This document shows positions 56,850 to 64,000 of a stretch of DNA of 64,000 nt, one piece after another. Both the position numbers and the translations under genes were made by a program. The DNA lies in contig NC_057754.1 in the NCBI RefSeq assembly GCF_004010195.1, positions 3,974,223-4,038,222 on the forward strand. Direction: 5' to 3'. The stretch is from Chiloscyllium plagiosum. Taxonomy: Eukaryota. The notes beneath the pieces are model-generated. The model saw only the letters and a list, made by a program, of their open reading frames with translations, made no database searches and was not told the DNA's origin. Positions within the stretch are counted from its first letter, which is position 1; every line of letters begins with the position of its first letter.

Positions 56850-58200
56850 GCAGGCAAATGCCAGGGAACTACAGACCGGTATGCCTAACATCAGTGCTGA
56901 GTAAGGTGTGAGAGGTAATTCTGAGAGACAGGACCTACAGGCATTTGGAGAAGCAAGGACTCGTTTAGGATAGTCAGCATGGCTTTGTGAGTGGGAGATC
57001 GTGTCTCACAAATATGATTGAATGTTTTGAAGTGGTGACCACGAAGGTAGATGAAAGCAATGCGTTAGACGTTGTCAACGTGGACTTTGACGAGGTACTG
57101 CATGTGGGTTGGGAAAGTCAGGTTAAATTTCACAGGATCCAGGGAGAGCCAGCTAATTTGCATACAAAATTGGTTTATAGAGTCATAGAGGTACAATACA
57201 GAGAATGGTGGTATAGGGTTGTTTTTCAAACTGGAGGCTTGTGACCAGTGATGTGTCACAGAGGTCAGTGCCGCGTCCACTGTTATTCATGATTTATACA
57301 AATGATTTGGTTGAGAACTTAGGAAGTACGGTTAGTAAGTTTGCAGCTGGCATCAAGATTGGTGTGTAGTGAAGGAGATTATCTCGGAATGCAGCAAGAT
57401 CTTAATCAATGAGGCCAGTGGGCTGAGGAATGCCAGCCAAATGGAGCTCGATTCAGATAAATGTGAGGTGTTCCATTTTGGTAAGGCAAATCAGGGCTAT
57501 GCTTAATGGTAAGGCCCTGGAGAGTGTTATAGAGCAAAGTGATCTAGGGGTACAGGTTCATTGCTCCTTGGAAGTGGAGTCACAGGTAGACAGGGCAGGG
57601 AAGAAGGCTAGGTTTTATCGGTCAGAGCATCAAGTACAGTCGGTTCTGCTATAACGCGGTAGTTTTGTTGTCGTGCGACCCTGTGTTATAAGAAAATTGT
57701 GTAATAGAAGCACTGTTTAAACTAATGGGGCTGGAATTGCGTTATAACACATACACGCTTTAAAAATTTGCTTTAGAAACAGTATCCCCAATTCATCAAT
57801 CACGTAACAGCGACTTCACATTATAGCAGAACGACCTGGATGGGATTTGAGATGTTTTGTTGCAGCTGTACAAGATATTGGTGAGGTTACATGTGGAGTA
57901 CTGCGAGCAGTTCTGGTTGCCCGACTATAGAAAGAATATTATTAAACTAGAAAGAGTGCAGAAAAGGTTTACGAGGATGCTACTTGAACTGGAAGGTTGA
58001 GTTATAAGGAGAGATTGGGTAGGCTGGGACTTCTTTCCCTGGAGCGTAGGAGACGAGGGGTGACCTTACAGAAAAAATCAGGAAAGGCGTAGATAAAGTA
58101 CATCGCCAATGGCTGTTCCCCATGTTAGGGGTGTCCTGAACTAGAGCGCATAGGTCTAAGGTGAGAGGGGAGAGATATGAAAAGGTCCAGAGATAGGGGT
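56850..58200 (+). mobile_element. Degraded CR1 LINE ORF2 fragment
   Basis: gggaactacagaccgg (NYRP), SQHGFVSGRSCLTN, and LERVQKRFTRM-like segments. Confidence 0.88.
57637..57838. mobile_element. Tc1/mariner (Tigger/pogo-like) MITE nested in CR1
   Basis: TA|cagtcggttctgctataa ... ttatagcagaacgacctg imperfect TIRs; right TA reads GA. Confidence 0.7.
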
Positions 58201-58209
58201 GGAAGTGAG

Positions 58210-58396
58210 TACAATTTAGCATAGCCAGTCTAACCTGCACATCTTGGACTGTGGGAGGAAATGGGAGCACCCAGAGGAAATCCACACAGACATGGGGAGA
58301 ACGTGTAGAATCCACACCATTCACCCGAGGGTGGAATCGAACCCAGGTCCCTGGCGCTGTGAGGCAGCAGTGCTAACGATTGAGTTACCATGCCAT
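58210..58396 (-). mobile_element. HE1-like SINE, 5' part
   Basis: Matches the other copies. Confidence 0.8.
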
Positions 58397-58800
58397 CCAA
58401 CTCCCATCTGCTGGGTAGAGATCTTCTACACGGGTCTTGTTAAGCCATGGTTAGTGATCGTGGTTGAGTATGTCGGCCAGGTTAGGGACTTAGTGAAGGA
58501 AAATGAGCTTTAAGCGTGATGGCTTAAGGGGCCATGTTGCTGATGGAAACTGACGATCATGAACTGAGACAATCTGCTATTCAATTGCAGTGGGATTTGC
58601 AGCCAGGTTTGCCGATGTCCCCATCAATGCCTGGCCATCTAGTAGCACCTGCCAAAGGCAACTAGAGCAATCTCTCGCTCCTCCAAATCTCTCAGCAAAG
58701 CTTTCAAGAATGACATGTTTACATTTCAAAACTGAAACTGACAGATTTATGTTGGGCAAAAACTTCAGAAGCGAGGTGGATAGGGTAATATCTGGATCAG

Positions 58801-59019
58801 AGCTGAAAATGTGTTGCTGGAAAAGCACAGCAGGTCAGGCAGCATCCAAGGAACAGGAGAATAGACGTTTCGGGCCTGAGCCCTTCTTCAGGAATAAAGA
58901 AGGGCTCATGCCCGAAACGTCGATTCTCCTGTTCCTTGGATGCTGCCTACCTGCTGTGCTTTTCCAGCAACACATTTTCAGCTCTGATCTCCAGCATCTG
59001 CAGTCCTCACTTTCTCCTC
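58801..59019. mobile_element. Palindromic Penelope pLTR-derived insertion (family A)
   Basis: Perfect 15-bp TSD taatatctggatcag at 58786-58800 and 59020-59034; ~90-bp arms. Confidence 0.9.
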
Positions 59020-59769
59020 TAATATCTGGATCAGCCAAGATCTAATAGGAACATGCTGGAGAGCCTTCTTACATTCCTCCGTTAACAACAGTTAGCATTT
59101 ATAAAGGGGTAAACCAAAGCATAAGTGAAAGAAAGGGCAAGGTTGAAGTGTATAATCCCCCAGAAGTTTGGAAAGGGTTTGGGGGGCCTTCAGAAAAAGT
59201 ACATGAAGAAGAAAGGAAATGACAAGGATATAGGGAAAGAGTGAAACTAAATGGATTGTGCTTCGAAAGAATTGACACTGATTTGATGGGCTGAATGGCC
59301 ACCTTTTGTGCTGTAGTGTCCTGTGATTGTATGAACATTTTGCAACCATGCAGTGACAATTCACAGGTAGACCATATCCTTTCATGTAAGCTTCTGGTCT
59401 GAAAATGCAGTTATCTTTCAGGGCTCAGCACTCTAATATTGATGCTGCCTCTTGTGCTACAGTGGACAGCAGCTGTGCAGCCAATGTGAGGGCTTTCACA
59501 GTTGAATAGATATATGCATTCATCGTTGTTGCTGTCTTCCAATCCCCCATCCTAACAATCTCTCTTAACCTTTTGCACTCTGCATTGTGCTTTGAATGTA
59601 CTGTCTCTGCTTCAAGTAACTAATGTTGACATCAGGCCTGACAGAGTGAGAGGAATTCAGGTGGGAGGAGATTTCTGTGGTCCATAAATCCAAACGTTCA
59701 CTGGTTAGGTCACGCAGTCTGTTCTTTGGTTGTAAGTTCAATGTGCAAATTTAGTGTAATTTGTGGGGA

Positions 59770-61215
59770 AGGTACAGCATGGAATTGGATACAGAGCAAA
59801 GCTTTCTACACTAACCCCATCAAACACACTCAGGTCAGGTACAGTATGAGGTTAGATACAGAGTAAAGCTTTCTTTACTCTTTTAAACTGCAATGAAAGC
59901 TTCCTCAACACTGACTCCATCAAAACCGCCAGGACAGGTGCAGCATGGTCTTGAGTAAAGCTCTGTCTACTCTTCTAAAGTGAATGTAAAGCTATATTTC
60001 CACTGTCCCCTCAAACACACTCCAGGACAGGCACAGCAGACGGTTAGACACAGAATAAAGCTCTCTCTACTCTTTTTTTTGAAATAAACTAAAATTTGAG
60101 CTTCATTCACCCTTTGAAATGTAAAGTAAATCTTCCCTATTTTTGTCCCCATCAAACACTCCCAGGACATGTACAACATGTGATTAGATACAGAGTAGAA
60201 CTCTCTCTACTCATTCAGTTATTTTAAACTAAAAGATAAAGCTACCTCTACATTGCCCCCATCAAATACTCTCAGGACAGATGCAGCACAGTGTTAGATA
60301 CAGAGAAAAGCTCTCTCTACACTGTCTCCATTACACACATCCAGGACAGGTATGGCACAGGGTTAGATACAGAGTAGAATTATTTTAAACTGAAAGTAAA
60401 GTTACCCCTACACTGTCCCCATCAAACACTCCTGGGATAACAACAACACAGTTATACAGTAAATCTCTCTCCACTGTATTAAACTGCAAGTAAAGCTCTC
60501 TTGACACTATCCTCATTGAATGCTCCCAAGGTAGGTACAACATAGTATTAATACAGAATGAAGCTCTCTCTACATCATCCAGAACAAATGCTCCTAGGAC
60601 AGGTAGAGAATAGGGTTAGATACACAGTAAAGATCCATCTTCACTGTCTCCATCAAACACTCCCAGAACAGGTAGAGTATGGGGCTACAGACTAAAACAC
60701 TTCTGCCTATGTTCTAAACTGAAAGTAAACTGTAAGTGAAGCTCTCTTTACACTGTCCCATCAAACACTCCCAGGACAGGGACTGCACGGGGTTAGATAC
60801 AGAGTAAAGATCCTTCTGCTCTTTTAAACTGAAAGGAAATATCTCTTCATTTTTTAAACTGAAAGTAAAGCTCTCTCTACACTGTCTCCATCACACACTC
60901 TCAGGACAAGCACAGCACAGTTAGATACAAAGTAAAGATCCCTCTGTACTGTTCCTGTCAAACACTCTGGATAAAGTTAAAAATCACACAACACCAGGTT
61001 ATAGTCCAACAGGTTTAATTGGAAGCACACTAGCTTTCGGAGCGTTGCTTCTTCATCAGGTGGTAGAAGGAGCGACGCTCCGAAAGCTAGTGTGCTTCCA
61101 ATTAAACCTGTTGGACTATAACCTGGTGTTGTGTGATTTTTAACTTTATCCACCCCAGTCCAACACTGGCATCTCCAAATCATTCTCTGGATAGACATAG
61201 CACAGGGTTATATCC
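59770..61215 (-). repeat. Diverged, inverted array of the ~70-bp minisatellite
   Basis: Repeated ccccatcaaacactcccaggacagg...gttagatacagagtaaag with added ttttaaactgaaagtaaa. Confidence 0.85.
60974..61184. mobile_element. Palindromic Penelope pLTR-derived insertion (family B) inside the minisatellite
   Basis: TSD ctctggata at 60965-60973 and 61185-61193; ~90-bp arms. Confidence 0.9.
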
Positions 61216-62019
61216 AGTTAAATTGTACTGAGTTAAGCAGGAACCTGCCAGGAGGGAGGAAGGAGATCTGGTGGCCTGTTGACGTGGAGAGGAAGTGGTT
61301 AATGAGGAAACTCTTCTGCAACAACACAGGAGCTAAGAAAGAGGAAGCTTCTCTTCCCCTACTCTCTCCCCAACCTGTTTAGAGCTTTCCAATAGTTAGT
61401 CTCATCACATAGCTTGTGGCCACATCCCTCCCTCTCCCGTATTGTTATTCCAGCACAACAGACCTCTGAAATCTCTGCCTTCCTCCACATCTGGCCTCTT
61501 TTACTTCTACGATTTTAATTACTTCACTATTGGCAGCCATGCCTCTAGCTGCCTGGAACCCTGAGCTCTGGAGCTCCCTTCCTTAACCTCTCAACTTCTG
61601 TCTCTCCTGAGTTAAAAATGAGGTGTTGGATCAAGCTTTTTGGTTACCTACCCTACAAGCTCCTCATGATCATACACATAACAAACAAATTAGGAGCAGG
61701 AGTAGGCTATTCATCCCCTCGAACCTGCTCCTCATTTCAATAAGATCTGATCTGATTACTTCACATTCCTGCCTACCCTGATAACCTTCAACTTTTATGT
61801 ACCAAATATCTACCTCTGGCTTAGAAATACCCAATATTCTCTTTCCAACACTTTGACGATGAGAATTCCAAAGAGTACAACCCTTTGAGAGGAAGAAAAG
61901 GTTCTCCTTAATTCTGTCTCAAATGGAAAATCCTTATTTGTGAAAATGGACACTTAGTTCTAGGTTTTCCACAGGGGATAACATCCTCTCCATGTACTTA
62001 AACCTTAAATATTTCTTTT

Positions 62020-62308
62020 AAGGCCCTTCAGCCCGACAAGTCCACACTGACCCTCTGAAGAGATTCCCACCTAAAACCATGCCCCATTATTCTACTTTTA
62101 CCCCTAACCTACACATCCCTGAACACTGGGCAATTTAGCATGGCCAATTCACCTATCCTGCACACCTTTGGATTGTGGGAGGAAACCCACGCAGACGCGG
62201 GGAGAATGTGCAAACTCCACACAGACAGTTGCCCGAGGCTGGAATTGAACCTGAGTCCCTGGCGCTGTGAGGCAGCAGTGCTAACCACTGAGCCACTATG
62301 CCGCCCCC
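62020..62308 (-). mobile_element. HE1-like SINE
   Basis: Matches the other copies. Confidence 0.85.
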
Positions 62309-62319
62309 TTTCAATTAAT

Positions 62320-63215
62320 TTGCCTCTTGCTCTTCTACAAGCCGAGCCTGTTTAATCTTTCCACATAAGGCAACCTACCTATTAGTGCTGTCAAGCTTCT
62401 CTGAATTGTTTCTAAAACTGTTATATCCTGCATTAAATGAGAATACCAGTACAGTACACAGTACTCTGGATGGGGGTCTTACTAACACCATGTACAACTG
62501 AAGCATGATGTGGAGATCCTGATGTTGGACTGGGGTGGGCAAGTCACATGACACCAGGTTATAGTCCAACAGGTTTATTTAAAATCACAACGCTCCTTCT
62601 TCATCAGGTGAAGTGAAGCAAGACCTCCTTATATTGATACTCACTTCCCATTGCAATAATTTCTTTAATTACTTGCTGTATCTGCAAACTAACCGAGATT
62701 CCTCTGCATCTCAGCTTTATAGTTTCTCAATATTTAGATAATGTGCCTCATTTTCATTCTGTCAGTCAAAATGAAACATTTCACACTTTCCCACATTATA
62801 CCTCAATTTCCCAAGATCTCTTCCCAATCATTTAACCTATTCGAATCCCTTTGTGGCCTCCTTCCATCTTCTTCACAACTTACTTTCCTATATCTTTGTG
62901 TCATTGGCAAATTGAGCAATCACGTATTCACCTTATTCATTTGTATAAATTATGAACAGTTGATGTCCCAGTATAGACTCTTATGGCATAGCACTCATTT
63001 GCCAACTTGAAAAAAGGCATTTTATGCCTATTTTCTGTTTTTAATTATCCAGACAATCTTCCATTCATGCCAAGGTTGCCCTTATACCATAGGCTTTTAT
63101 TTTTCTCTTTGATGTGGCTTTCTGGAAATTTGCATATATGTCCACCATAGATTCTCATTTATGTTGTTCTCTCAACAAACTCCCAATAAATGAATTAATC
63201 ATGAATTCCCTTTCG
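62320..63215 (-). mobile_element. Degraded CR1 fragment with a Penelope family B fragment (~62506-62612)
   Basis: LQLYMVLVRP remnant; insert flanked by tgaagca. Confidence 0.65.
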
Positions 63216-63217
63216 AA

Positions 63218-63600
63218 GGGGAGGTGATGGCCTGGTAGTATTATCGCTAGACTCTTAATGTAGAAATGTAACTAATGGAGACCCAGGGAGAATTTGAATT
63301 CACTTTTTAAAAACAAAATCTGGAATTATGAATCTACTGATGACCATAAAAACGCTGTTGACAGTCGATTGTCGGACAAACCCATCTTGCTCACTAATAT
63401 CCTTTCGGGAAGGAAATCTGCCATCCTCACCTGGTCTGGCCTGCATGTGACTCCAGAGCCACAGCAATGTGGTTGATTCTCAACTGCCCTCTGGAATGGC
63501 CTAGCAAGCCACACAGTTGTATCGATCACTATGATTTCTCAGCAATGAAATAAAATGGGACAGGCCACCTGGCGTCGAACTGAATTCCAGAGGAGAGATG
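63218..63600 (+). mobile_element. Second SINE family copy
   Basis: ggaggtgatggcctggtagtattatcgc head; ggaaatctgccatcctcacctggtctggcc core. Confidence 0.8.
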
Positions 63601-63619
63601 AGAGTGACAGCCCTTAAAA

Positions 63620-63910
63620 TCAAGATCTCACAAACAGCGCTGCAGTACTGACAAGACAAGTTGTTTGGGGTGATGATCGTTGAGGGATAAATGTTGGCCC
63701 CAAGAAACCTGGGAGAACACTCTTACCATTCATCCAGTAGTGACACTGGGCCTTTTCCATGTCTACTTTAGAGGACCATAGTTTAACATCCACTCCCAAA
63801 CATGGCACCCCTACAGGGCAGTGCTCCCTCAGCATTGAGACTGTGAGGAGTATCAGCTAAGACTGTAAGGTCAAGTTGTAGAGTGGGAACTGAAATCTGT
63901 AACCTTTCGG
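63620..63910 (-). mobile_element. Deu-domain SINE-like
   Basis: caagatctcacaaacagc and cagtgctccctcagcattg are reverse Deu-SINE segments. Confidence 0.6.
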
Positions 63911-64000
63911 CGTATACGTAGTCTATACCTCTGGCATGTTGTGACCATCTTTCTTTGGGGAATAATTCTGCTTCTGCTTCCCTGGGTCAGGGGGAGGGGA

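Overview
Vertebrate genomic DNA, most likely a cartilaginous fish (shark), inferred from HE1/V-SINE-like, Deu-domain SINE-like, CR1, L2 and Penelope-like repeats. The only supportable protein-coding gene is the 3' part of a pecanex-like gene, best matching PCNX3. It is on the + strand with 16 coding exons from 4358 to the stop at 24930 (3045 nt, 1014 aa, frame-consistent across all junctions) and a probable ~4.85 kb 3'UTR ending near AATAAA 29778. Its splicing is unusual: a GC-AG intron and a U12 (minor spliceosome) intron flank the same 109-nt exon, there are two NAGNAG acceptors, and one acceptor seems to borrow its branch site from a LINE tail. The rest is repeat-dense: nested retroelements, several TE-seeded minisatellites, a 41-bp CpG-rich satellite and three assembly gaps. 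The most notable signal is a set of short Penelope-derived insertions, mostly palindromic, with 9-16 bp target-site duplications and minimal hammerhead-ribozyme cores; one sits in the probable pcnx3 3'UTR. A Penelope RT fragment whose 43-codon motif-B' segment is tandemly amplified in frame is also present. Repeat family names and orthologue comparisons come from recall, not database searches, and repeat boundaries are approximate.
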